DNA from: Azolla caroliniana
Taxonomy: Eukaryota; Plantae; Polypodiophyta
Length of the DNA: 64,000 nt
Assembly (NCBI GenBank): GCA_043228905.1
Contig: JBHGNT010000002.1
Span: forward strand, 23,932,001-23,996,000
Direction: 5' to 3'
Shown here: in pieces, positions 1 to 12,405 of the stretch
How positions within the stretch are numbered: position 1 is the first letter of the stretch
Layout: every line of letters starts with the position of its first letter
Position numbers and translations under genes: made by a program
Notes under the pieces: model-generated
The model's database searches: none
Seen by the model: the letters and a program-made list of their open reading frames with translations, nothing else
Told to the model about the DNA's origin: nothing

Positions 1-154
1 TTCAATGCTCATCAAGAGCTCCTACACTAACTCCCAAATATATTCCTCACGGAATATCTTTCCTAACGACCTCCCGGTTTACGCACTCGGCCTAGCCGAT
101 CCAGTCCTCGGCTTCTTCAGCCGAACCGGCCGATGTTGAGCTTGTCTCTCAACA
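1..154 (-). repeat. 3' LTR of copia-1 (partial)
   Basis: Matches 5238-5391; followed on + strand by ctccccctcaag (PPT complement). Confidence 0.95.
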
Positions 155-609
155 CTCCCCCTCAAGCTCAACTCGAGGCTCTTCGGGATCCTCGGGCTCA
201 CAGCTCCGGTTCCTCCTGGCTTCACGCCTCGCTCGCGCTCCTCGACCTGTTCGACTCCGCGCGCTTCGACCCTTCCGGTCGGCTCGTCTGCTCATGCGGC
301 CCTTATCAGCTCTTCTGCTATTGCGGTGTCGACACTTCTTCTGCTGCCTTTTCTTCCGCTTGGGCCTCCGTTGATTCAACGTGTCTGAATCAAACATCCG
401 AACCAACTCGGCTACCTCCGATCGGTTTTCGCTCTCGTCCGAGTTGGCTGTCTCCAACTCCCATGCGTGGTTGGCTTCGGCTCTCTCCTTCGGTTGCTCC
501 CCTTCTGTCTGCTTCCGAACTTTTCCGCGGGTCCGCCCTCGGCTTCTTCAGCCGATCCGATGTCGAACTTGTCAACCGACTCGGTGTCGCGGTGTCCGCT
601 CCTTTCCTG

Positions 610-3600
610 CTACCTTGCTTGGTCGTTCGAGACTGTTCTCCCCCTCAAGGTCGGCACGTCAAGGTGACGCAACCCGAGCGCACTTGAGAATTGCCGCAAC
701 TTGTCCAGACCAAGAGGCTTGGTGAAGATGTCGGCAGCCTGTCGATCCGTCGGAACGTACTGAAGTTCGACTTCACCGGAAAGGACACGCTCACGGATGA
801 AATGGTAGTGCACCTCAATGTGCTTGGTCCGTGCGTGGAAGACGGGGTTCTTCACGAGTTGGATGTTGCTGAGGTTGTCGCAGTAGATCGTCGTTGGATC
901 AGTCACCTCCTCTTGCAGGTCCTTAAGTAGCCGCTTCAACCATATGGCTTCGCATGTCGCGACAGCCGCTCCTTGGTACTCAGCTTCAATGCTCGACAGA
1001 GCAACTGTCGGCTGCTTCTTACTGCACCACGCGATTGCGGCACTCCCGAGGGAGAACGCGTATCCAGACGTGGATCGGCGATCAACGGCGTTGCCAGCCC
1101 AATCAACATCAGTGTAGCCGACTAACTACGCGGCTGCACCGGTCCGATATAGCAGTCTACGGTCCTTAGTGCCGCTTACGTACCGAAGTACGCGTTGCAC
1201 ACACTAAAGGTGCTCCTCGGTAGGTCGTGCCATGAACTGACTGATCACCCCGACCGGATAATTGAGGTTGGGTTGGGTGATGGTCAAGTATATGAGGCTT
1301 CCGACAATTTGTAGGAATCTCATCGGGTCGCATACCTTTCCCGTATCGGGACGAAGCTTGACGGTTCTGTCCAGAGGAGTCAAGATGGACTTACAGTCGG
1401 CCATCCCGAGTTTGAAGAGCATACTCAGCACATAATGACGTTGGCTGATCAATATGCCTTCGGGGGTACGGATCGCTTCGATCCCGAGGAAGTAATGAAG
1501 GTCCCCCAGATCCTTCATGTCGAACGATGGCGCAAGCTGGAGTTTCACGCGGTCGATTTCACCTAGGTCGGCGCCGGTGATGACCAAGTCATCAACATAC
1601 AGTAAAATACTAACCGGTCCGAGTCAACCTTTCCGGATGAACAGGGAAGAGTCCGATTTTGACGTGACGAAGCCCAACCGACGCAGTTGTTGCGTGATCT
1701 TCGCGTTCCAAGCACGCGGGGCTTGCTTTAGTCCGTAAAGGGACTTCTTCAGTCGGCATATTGCCGAGGAGTTCGTTCTAGAGTGAAATCCAGGGGGTTG
1801 TACCATGTACACCTATTCCTCAAGGTCACCTTGCAGGAACGCATTCTTTACATCCATCTGATGTAGGTGCCACCCCTTGGCCGTGGCTACTGCGAGCAAA
1901 ACACGGACGGTCGTCATTTTCTCGACCGGCGCAAACGTCTCATCGTAGTCGATGCCGTGTTTCTGCGCGTAGCCCTTTGCCACTAGCCGAGCCTTGTACC
2001 GGTTAACCGAGCCATCGGTGTTGTACTTGACTTTGTACACCCATCTACACCCGATCAACTTCACACCCTTCGGTGCGTCAACCAGGTCCCAGGTCTCGTT
2101 CTCCGCCAATGCGTGCATCTCTTCCTCCATCGCGGCACGCCAATTCGCATACTTCGCCGCTTCTGCGTAGCTCTCCGGCTCACGCACTTCTGCTACACGG
2201 GTCATGTACGCATAATGATGCGCCATGTACTCATTGTATCCGAACCGCAAAACATGATTCTTCTAGCGGGTAGATCGGCGTAATCTCACATTAGCCGATG
2301 TCGAGGCCTTCTCAGTCGACGCGGCCTTCACCTTTAAAGACCCGTCACCGGTTCCCTCAGAGTCAGACTCGCGTCGGTCTGACTCGTTCCTTTCCGTGCC
2401 AGAATCCGACACCTTCTTCTTCCCTTTCTCTTTGCGCGTAAGCCATCTCCTCGGCCTCCTGCGCGGGGAATGCACGGCCGAGTCTCCACTACTCGCCGGC
2501 TCTTCATCGGACTGGTCGTACCGACTCAGTCGTCCAATCGGTCCACTTAAACGGAGCGAAATCGGACTCTCTTCGCGGGTCTCGATTTTGGGCTCATCCG
2601 GAGGCATCTCGGCCTTGCTGACCTCATCGTTAGAGCTCGGATTGGAATCGAGGTTCGTAGTCGGGGGCAGGTACCAGGACGCGAACTCGTCAAACACAAC
2701 GTCGCGGCTGACACGCGCTTGTTCGGTGCGAGGGTTATAACACGTATAACCCTTCTGCTCGTCCGAGTAACCGACCAAGATGCATTTCTCGGCCTTTGCA
2801 TCCAGCTCCCTCCTTTTCTCCTTCGCTACATGCACATACGCAATGCTACCGAACACCCTCAAGTGTCACAAGTTCGGCTTCGTTCCGAAATATAGCTCGT
2901 TCGCCGACACTTTGTCTCCAATCCGGTTCTGGATGTATACCGCGGTCCTTACCGCCCCGGCCCAGTAGAACTTGGGCAAGCTCTTCTCCTCCAGCATTGC
3001 CTGTGCCGCTTCCACAACTGACCGATTCTTTCTCTCGGCCACGCCGTTCTGCTCTGGCGTGTATCTACAACTGAATTCGCGGCGAATTCCCATTTGTTGT
3101 AGGTAACCGTTGAATTGACCGGAAAAGTACTCTTTCCCGCCATCCAACCGCAAGCACTTGATCTTTCATTCCGTTTCAGCTTCCACGAACCCTTTGAGGT
3201 CCCGAAAACAGTCGAAGACTTCGCTCTTCCTCTCAATGAGGTAGATCCACGTGTGCCGCGTGTGGTCGTCGATGAAGGAGACAAAATATCGGCTCCCGCC
3301 AAGACTAACGTTTTGTGTCGGTCCCCATACATCGGAGTGTATAAGGTCGAGCTTGTTCCGGCTCCGATTCCGCTCGTTGGGGAAAGGAAGTCGGTGTTGC
3401 TTCCCGAGCTGGCAAGCTTCACAAACTTGTGCCTTTCGGCCACTAAACTTGGGCAATCCGAACATTACCTATTTCGATTGCAGATCTTGAAGCCGTTGGT
3501 GGTTGACGTGGCCTATCCGCTTGTGCCACAAGTCGATGTCCGACTCGGTCTTTTGTCCCTTTGCGAACATTGCGGTGCCGCCGTCAGTGGAGTCGAGGAT

Positions 3601-4938
3601 GAACATCCTCTCGTCTCTGCGCCTTTGCGCAATCACACGGCCTTCTTCCTCAATGAAGCACCCGAGGTGTGTAAACCGAACCTGCATCCCTTGGTCGACG
3701 ATCTGTCCGACCGAGACCAAGTTCTTCGTCATTGTCGGAACGTGCAGCATGTTCATGAGTTTCCCTTTCTGCCCGACATGGCTCAGGGGAACTTCTCCGA
3801 CATTTGCGATCGGATGCGGAGTGTCGTCTCCTGTTGCGACTACTCCAGGTTCTATCGGTTTTTCAAGGTACGAGAACCACTCCTTATGGCTCGTCATGTG
3901 GTTTGACGCGCCGGAGTCTACGTACCACACCTCGTCCGATCCCGGGGTGCTTTGTTTCATTGAGTTTGCTTCGTGTCTCATCACGAAGGCAGGCCCTTCT
4001 CCGGCTCTCCCGGAGTCTTCGGCGTAGTGCAATCGCTGCCGATTTCCCTTGTCGGTATGTCTGGAGCCATTTCCAGAACCAGTTCTCTCTGAATCGGTGC
4101 GCTTCTTCCAGCACTCACTTTCCCTGTGGCCTTTCTTGCCACAGTACCAGCACTCGGCGATGGCCTTCCCTTGCCGGTTCTCATCGCTTTGACTCCCCCT
4201 GTTTCCAGAGGGTTCGGAGTTGCTGTCGGCATCACTTCGGTGCCATATTCCTTGATCTCGTCGGCCGCTTCCATTGCATACCGACTCGCCTCATCTGCCA
4301 CGACCACGGGGCCTTTCTCCCTCCGTGTACAACATCTTGCTGTCGGTGTGCGTGCTCGTCGACGCACCTGCGTGGTTCTCCTCTACCAGGAGCATCGACT
4401 GTAAGTCGAAAAAGGACGGCGTATTCTCCCGGGTACACACAGCCGTTCGGAACGCTCCGAACTTCGATGCCAAACCTCCGAGACAGATCTGGACCATCTC
4501 GCTCTCCTCGATGTTCACCTCTATGGAGGCGAGGGAGTCGCAGATATCCTGGATCTTCGAGGTATAGTCCGCCACCGACAAGTCGCGTTGTCGTAGGTTG
4601 CTCAACTCCTGTCGGAGCTGAAGCTTCCTGGCTGTGGTGCTCGCGGCGAAAATCTTCTTCAGATTTTCCCACGCACCCTTCGGCGTCTTTGCATCCCGAA
4701 CATAGCTCAATAGCTGTTCGCCCACACACGACGCGAAGCAGTACAATACCCTGCTCGCCGATTGCTCCCACAACGGGAAGTCTCTGTGTGTCGATTCGGG
4801 TGCCGCGTCATTAGCTCCTTCGACATAACTCCAGTAGCCGTGCCCGAGCAGGTACTGGTGCATCTTGTAGGACCAAGACGCGTAGTTGGTTCTGTCGAGC
4901 TTCTCTGTTGGAAGCGAGCTCGCCATGCCTCTATCCAT
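610..4938 (-). pseudogene. copia-1 gag-pol broken by stops and frameshifts
   Basis: gag EKLDRTNYASWSYKM; protease WYVDSGASNHM; GAG-pre-integrase LWHKRIGH..CEACQLGK; rve QNGVAERKNR; [22 protein letters not shown]; RNase [22 protein letters not shown]. Confidence 0.95.
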
Positions 4939-4998
4939 CGTTCTTCTCGTTCTTCTTCGTCAAGTTGTGTCGGCTGTAGAGAGGTTCTCAACCCTCGC

Positions 4999-5010
4999 GC
5001 TCTGATACCA
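4999..5010 (-). promoter_or_regulatory. Primer binding site complementary to tRNA-iMet
   Basis: TGGTATCAGAGC on the minus strand directly after the 5' LTR. Confidence 0.93.
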
Positions 5011-5391
5011 TGTAGAAAGCAACGTGCGGAAGCAAGTATGAAGACCGAACAGAAGGAAGGAAACTCAGGTTTAATGGAGGGCTTGAGCTTACACGGTATA
5101 CGTGGGAGGGACAAGGAGAGGGAGAGAGAAGACACAAAAAACTATATTCAACAATAATACTCAGTCTGTACATAAGACGTGCTCATTGAACATTTTTATA
5201 CAAGTCCTAGAAGGACTGACCGAAGTACTGACAGTACTTCAATGCTCATCAAGAGCTCCTACACTAACTCCCAAGTATATTCCTCACGGAATATCTTTCC
5301 TAACGACCTCCCGGTTTACACACTCGGCCTAGCCGATCCAGTCCTCAGCTTCTTCCGCCGAACCGGCCGATGTTGAGCTTGTCTCTCAACA
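5011..5391 (-). repeat. 5' LTR of copia-1 (381 bp)
   Basis: tgtagaaagc...tctcaaca; adjacent to PBS; matches 1-154. Confidence 0.95.
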
Positions 5392-6389
5392 ATTCTCAAA
5401 CCTAACAACCCTTCCAACCATAAGTGACTTCAAAATATAGTGTTCATGGTCCAACAAGACATTGTTGGAATTGATGAAGAGAGTCAACCAAATTAAGAAA
5501 TTCTTGCCAATGTCTTTATTCCCTCACACCACTATCTCCTTCGTGGGCAAAATGTATATTGCATATCTATGTTTATATCCTCTTGAGACACGTTGAGAAC
5601 AAACTCATACATTGTGTTCTCTTTATGGATGTACTTGAGGAGCTTACAACGTACCCATGTGTCCAAGGATCCTGATAAAGTCATCATATAATTGTCGATA
5701 TACACCTCCTTGTACTCGGGTATTTCTTTAAATAGAGAAGCTTTTGCATAATGAATACATGGCTAATCAAATATCGGGAAGAGAATTATTGTATAGCTCA
5801 TGAGCATGACCTTCACTCTCTTTGTTATTAGTGAATTCCATGAATTTTAGGTAAGAGTCCATCAGGGTGTTAGGAGGAAAAGAATAAAAGGATACTCGAT
5901 GACTTGATGGGTGAAGTCAAATACCCATCATCTTTCACATTCCTTGTAAATATTACAACGAGCATGAAAGATTAGAAAAACTTCTTGTTCTTATTTTGGA
6001 CAACCTAGATTAACCTATAAATAGATGTGTTACGTTATACCTTAATGTTATATCAAAGGTTGGGATCCAATACGAATATTCATCATCTTTATATTCACCT
6101 TCTATAATGGTACACCCTTCTCCAAGTAGTCATGTTCTTGTAAATCTTCACCTATACAAATCCTAGGGATAACCCAAGTATAAAATTGATGGTAAGGTTC
6201 ACTAAGAACATGAACTGTCATGATCCATGAGGTGTTGGTAAACAATTGCTTTTGTAAAGATTAACATGGAGTGTATGCCAAATAATCAAATAGTCTTAAA
6301 AAGCTAAGGATTTTCAATAACGAACTAATGCGGCAGTATATGTATAATGCATCTAGGGATAGTCTAAGGGTCAAAGTGAGTCCCTATGG

Positions 6390-6860
6390 ACTTTTGTTTT
6401 TCAAAGAAAGATGCACCTTTGTATATTACTTGAAAATTGTACATAGAGAAAACAAAAGGAGACATTTCATCTCACTTCTATTGTGATACAAAGGCTAGTA
6501 TAAGGATGCGATCAAACAGATGATGTCATATATGAAACAAGTAGAACAATACTATCAACTATGCAACATAAAAGAAGGTATGGCAAAATTCCACCTCAGA
6601 CAAGTAGTTGTATCCAAAAATAAGTGATGTCTTTGCCATTTGTTCTTAAAGGTCACTTGTCGTTGCAACAGAACATCAGTCGAACCCTGCAAATCATCAT
6701 ATTGACCACGTAGTGTGTGGACAAATAACATCCAGAATTCAATAAGCATAGTGCAGAGATGTATGTGAACATTGTTAAAAACCAAATCACATCTAGCTTT
6801 CCATATTATCCAAAAGCCAATGATGTAATAGTACACCAAATAACCAGATTTTTTATTTTG
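6390..6860 (-). mobile_element. 5'-truncated LINE (L1-like) ORF2 C-terminal fragment
   Basis: FWIIWKARCDLVF fits the WxIWKxRNxxxF motif that follows zf-RVT in plant LINEs; A-rich tail on the minus strand near 6392-6402. Confidence 0.65.
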
Positions 6861-9791
6861 AACCGTCGAATAAGAGAAGGAAATGAGGTGAAAGAGAGGT
6901 GTCCATAGGAAAAGTGACAAACATGAGAAGCATGCGTACTTTCTATCGACTTACTAAGGATGTACAACCTATTATCACAAAACTAGATGAACAATTAGTA
7001 CTTAATAAAAGTGTTCTTGGTCACTATAAGTATTAGCATGAGAAAAAAGGAAAGAGTTTTAAATCAAAAATTCACCTGGCCAATTTAATGCAAGACCTAC
7101 AAAAAATTGTGCATCCATTTGAAAAATATATGAGAAATGTAAATTAATTAGCTGACATAGATGTTGAGGTATTGTAGATACTAGAGACTCACGATGTGGA
7201 TACAAATAAGCATTAGTCAAAATCATTCACATGCAAGAAAGTTTTTATAATACATCTATTACAATCACAATGGAGTTAACTTCTTGCTAACTATTTTCGC
7301 AATGTTCTTCCTCGTCGATTGGTTGCATTTGTAATAACGGAAACAAGGTATTTCTTGGTCTAAGAACACAATATTTCACATCAACCACCATCTTTGAGAA
7401 CTTTTGGGAGTGGCCATATTGTATTAATTTCTTCTTTAATCCTTTTTGTTAGTTATCCTCTCCCCAAATCTAGTATAATATCTTTGAGTAGATGTATGTG
7501 TTTCCTTCATGGCCTCCCTTCGGTCTAAGTAACATGACCCTTGATAGATGGAGGCAAAAATATTTGTGATGGCATTGACGCGTATGACTTTTCATTCAAG
7601 AAGTGTAAGCCATTCATTTAGAAAGGATTTCTTAAAAGTATGGGAAGACTAGTCATAGATACCTAATTTATGTTGAAATGTTAGAGGATCTACCTTTAGT
7701 ATTTTGGAGTTTATTGATGATTCGTTGTCCAAGTGTAGAGAAATTCAACGTCATGGCCCTTATGTGGAAAAGAAAGACCGACATAAATTATTTTAATCAA
7801 TAATGATAGATTATTATATGAGTATTAATCTACCAAAATATTTGGTGCATATGTAGTTAGGCAATTATTAGTCAAGCAAGTGACTTTAGGTAAGTAATGT
7901 CAACAGATGAAGATTCAGTTATTGTCATCGACATTTCAAAAAGAGGAGATAAAGTCATTTGTATAGACATGTCCTTTTGATGGTTTTTTTTTTTCCTTGA
8001 AAGACTTTTGATGGTTTTCTTTATCAATGGGTTCCATATAAACTCATTTTAACTTTGAGCAACGAATACTCTAGAAGCTACATATATGAGAAGCACATAA
8101 CTTAGGTATCAAATAAGGGGATAACCAAAATAAGTCCCTGATAACGACTTCGTGCATTACCCAAGACTTATTAATATTATGTCAATTGTAGGATCTATAT
8201 TAGTATATTGGCCTGAAATAATAAACATGTATTTCACTTGTTAAAAATTCCCCTTTGTTACATTTAAGTTGCATATTAATCCTCGAGTTTAATTTGGCCC
8301 AACACCACTTCTTGCAAATGAATTCTATATCTTATATGATGTATCATGGAATACAAGAAAATTTAACATAGGGCATCTCATTCATTAAGTATTCTAATGG
8401 TGTCATATTGTTAGTGTTGCTATTTCAATGATTGATGTTCATTATTCATTTATGCCCGCAACTTCAGTAATAATCCCCAAAACTAGTTCAAGTGTGGCCT
8501 TACATCCCAACACCCAATACTTCATCAACAATTCAATGTGGTATTGTTGGCTAACCGACCATCATTACCTTATCGTGACAACATGAAATATATGGGATCC
8601 ATAATTATGTTAAACTAGTCATTAACATCATAATGTTGGCTTTAAACCAAAACACTTGACAAATGCACACAAAAAGGTGTATATGGCGATACTTCGGGCA
8701 TGTCATAAATGTGTGCTCTATAAGCATACTCCAAGTGAGTATTTCCTCAATCAATATTTACTCTTCCTCATTGAGTTTGAAAAACTATTTTCCTCCTTGT
8801 TAGCAAGATAAACAAACAAAGTAGTTTTTTTTAACTCGTCTAAGCTTTGGCTAACACATTTACTCCAAACAAATATATTGAAATTTTGTAATCAATTAAG
8901 TATTAAAGAAGTAATTAACTCAACTACAAGACTCACTAACATGTCTCTAATCTATCAAACTATAAAGAATCTCAAATATAAGCTAGAAGACACTCTATTC
9001 ATCCATTTTATCGTTATTTCTAACTAGCCAAGTGCTCATGAAAGAGGAGTTCAATTTCAGTGTTTAAAGAAAAGAGAAGATAACCATTTGTGAGAGTCAC
9101 AAAGTATCATTTATACTCTGTTTACAAAATATTGTTTCCCACAGTAGGTAGGGCTTTCACACTTGGTTGTGGAACATGTCTTTGTATCCAAAAGGTAAGA
9201 GCTATTTTTACATACTAAATAAGTCTTTACTCTTAGGATACGTATCAATACCATGTAAGAGGTGTAAGAAATCTCAACTTTTGTTTACACTTAACCTTCC
9301 CTTTGACCTAAAGTCTAAAAACTTCATGCATCATTGAGTGTTGTGATGGAATGTAAGATAACCAATGACGTTCTCATGAAAGGATTCATTGTATGAAATT
9401 GTGGGGTAGAATTGTTTGTTTTGGTTGTTCTCTTGTTGATCAGGTGTAACTTGAGGTGATATAAATTGGCATTGTTGTGACTTTGTGTGTGCAATGGAAA
9501 GTGCCTAAAACCTAAGTTTATAATAGCTTAATGTTATGGTCAAAGTATTAATAGAAAGGTAGTTATACTAACAAAGAAATATAGCTCAATTAGAAAGAGC
9601 TACCTCTTGGAACGATGAAGTATAGGGCTGAAATATCATGATGGGTAAAAAAATAGCCATAAGGATGATCTATGGTACACAAAATAAACAGAGAAGGTAT
9701 GTGATTCATTATCGTAGAATAACGAACGAAAAGGGGCATAGGAAAAACGTGAAAACGACGATGCAGCAGATAGGAAAGGAACAGGTCGTGT

Positions 9792-10925
9792 ATGGCGCGA
9801 ATAGCGCAACCACAGCAACAGGTGATCCCAGCACGAGCAGGAGGTCGACTGCGGACCAGCCTCTTACTTCATTTGCGGCTGGACTGCATACGCGAGCAGG
9901 GGATTCCAATGCATCCCCCCCAACTTTCACCTCATCTGAATGATGAGACTGTCGACCTAGTGTTATCGGAGGAGGATAGAGCTACAGTTTTGGGCGAGGT
10001 ACAAAGGTTGGAGGCTTGCTCCTTGGTAGTGCAAGTACAGGGTTTAAGATTAAATCAATTAGAACTTCGACATACTTTGTACGCGGTTTTCTCGGAGGAA
10101 GCAAATAACATATTCGATATTCAATTCATGTCTCGAGGATGTTACAATGTGGAATTTGCAAGCGAGGAGCCCGTCACAAGGCTACTAGCAATTAAGCAGG
10201 CTGGCGTGGAAGGTGTGTGGGTATCTTTTCATAAATGGTCTCATAATGTTAAGGTAGATGACATATTGCAGGATCAAGAGTCTAGTATGGATTTTACGGC
10301 GATATTCCTTGGATTAAGGAAGGAGTGGAGGAATGTTCTTCCTTGTATTGGGGCTTTGTTAGGTAAGGTCATTGCTACGCGTGATGGACAAGTTTATGGG
10401 ACATATAGAGTGGGTGGGGTTCATGTTGTTCGGTTGATCACACCAAGATCTGTTTGTTTGCCGACAAATATTTCTTCACCTAATTTACTTATAAATAAAC
10501 CACCGGTTGTGCAAAAGGTATATTATCAAGGTTTGCCTAATCAATGCTTTGTGTGTCGACAGTTTGGTCATTTAGGTCGAGATTGTCAAAAGCAACGTCT
10601 GAATGTTGAAGCACACTCCCCTACTCAACCAAATGTTAATAATGAGGGTTGGTCTAGAGTTTCTGCTAAACATGTTTTTAAACCAACTCGTAAGTTGGTT
10701 AATCCAGTGTTATTACTTGAAGCTAACCCTTATCACTCTTTGCAGGAAGTGGAAAAGGAGGTAGGGATTACTCATGTGGATGGCAGTTTTTCCCTCTCAG
10801 TTTTCACAAAGGAGCATCAGGTGGAACATAATTCGCAAGACACATTTTTGAAGGTACAAAAGGTAGAATTTGTTTCTAAGGCTAATAATCAATTTAGTAA
10901 CGATATACAATTTGGAAGAGTTTAA
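9792..10925 (+). mobile_element. LINE ORF1-like coding region (DUF4283-type region plus CCHC knuckle); ORF2 not seen
   Basis: 377-aa ORF with GCYNVEF..WVSFHKWS, CIGALLGKVI and QKVYYQGLPNQCFVCRQFGHLGRDC (CX2CX4HX4C), the usual plant L1 ORF1 layout. Confidence 0.8.
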
Positions 10926-11133
10926 AAAAATGAAGTGGTCAAGGCTGACGTTACACATGTTGACATGAATTGTGGCAATATAGTTGCTTTTACTACAGTT
11001 GCTAAGTTGTCTGATAGGGTTTCTATAATAGATAAACATATGCCAGTGCGTGCACATAAGTTGACTTGGAAAGACATATGGTCAAATAAGAGACAATTAC
11101 GAGCCTCAGAGGATGGAAGGAAGGGTAGAGACG

Positions 11134-11137
<4 letters not shown>

Positions 11138-11167
<30 letters not shown>

Positions 11168-11192
11168 TGTATGTATGTATGTATGTATGTAT
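11138..11192. repeat. (TATG)n microsatellite
   Basis: About 13 perfect units. Confidence 0.95.
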
Positions 11193-11850
11193 TGTATGTA
11201 TATACATTCATAAACAGAAAAATAAACCTATATGTATCCACACTCACATGGCACATACTTCTACACATTAGTCATAATACATGTGAGCAAGAAGACAAGG
11301 TGACTTACATTTGGGTTTGGGATAATAACTTTTGGCATATAGAAGTGAGAGTATCAAGGGTCTAATTTGAGACAAGGTTAGCTTTTGTGATGGGGTGTAG
11401 GCTATTGTTTTCAAGAACTTGCAATTTTTTATGGCACATAAACAACACGGTCTTCATGTAAAATGGGGATATGGTCTTAAATTGGGGCAAAGGGTATCCA
11501 TATGGGCCCCATAAAATGAACCATACGTAGCATACGAGCATTCGCATTCGAGAATGATTCAATCAAACAGGTATATGGTAAATCATCTCAAAGTTGGATT
11601 GGATTCACTATGGTCTATATTATATATTGATTCACTCTCAATCCCAATAAGTGGACTCTAATCCATTGTGAACCACCAACATAAGTAGGGTTGCAACATT
11701 TGCATTGTATCACATGCATGCATGCATACCTTTGGGATGCTTCTTAAGAATCAAGACACCTCTATCCTCCTCACTTTAAAACTTTACAAAAAAATGAGTA
11801 TGAACTACAGAGATTGAATCAAAATATGTCATTATAAATTATAATCAAAG

Positions 11851-12405
11851 GTTCAAAAACTCATATAACATATATTCAAGAATATGAAGAAAACATGACA
11901 TAGGCAATCGTAGCATAACAACTTACCACTAGGGTGAACTAATTTCTAATAACAAAGAAAGAAAAAAAAACGTTCAAAAACTCATAAAACGTATATTCGA
12001 GAATATGAAGAAAGCATGACATAGGCAATAGTAGCATAACAATTTACCACTAGGGTGAGCTAATTTCTAATAACAAAGAAAGAAGAAAAAAAAGGAACGT
12101 GACACTAACATAAAATTTTGCCATGACATGACACTAACAAGAGGATATAGGAAAATTGGGAATTGAACCCAAGACATAGGCAATAGTAGAATAACAAGTT
12201 GCCACTAGGTTGAGCTAATTCTAATAAAAAGGAAAAAGGGAAGAAAAAAAAGGACAAAACTAATATGACACTAACATAAAATTTTGGTATGACAGGAGAC
12301 TAACGTGAGAGAGAGAGAGAGATGAGAAAATTGGGAATCGAACCCAAGACATAGACAACAATAGCATAAAAACCTACCACTAGGTTGAGCTGATTTGTAA
12401 TGGCA
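11851..12405 (-). repeat. Tandem array of four tRNA-like/SINE-head units
   Basis: Core gacataggcaat..taccactaggKtgagctaatt repeated 4 times. Minus strand reads TAGCTCAACCTAGTGGTA (A-box-like), and the last two units carry a T-arm TTGGG-TTCRATT-CCCAA. Confidence 0.7.

Larger units (their letters stand above)
1..5391 (-). mobile_element. Ty1/copia LTR retrotransposon (copia-1), degenerate; 3' LTR runs off the left edge
   Basis: 5' LTR 5011-5391 (TG..CA); its right part matches 1-154 with about 4 mismatches; tRNA-iMet PBS; PPT at 155-171; domain order gag-PR-INT-RT-RH. Confidence 0.97.

Noticed and set aside
5392-9600. AT-rich stretches resembling ancient TE coding debris (also 12400-13600, 17300-19900)
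   Set aside because: No motif or boundary could be fixed by eye apart from the LINE fragment; needs RepeatMasker or tBLASTn.
10935-11365. ORFs with MYVC or IHTY repeats
   Set aside because: Translations of the (TATG)n microsatellite.
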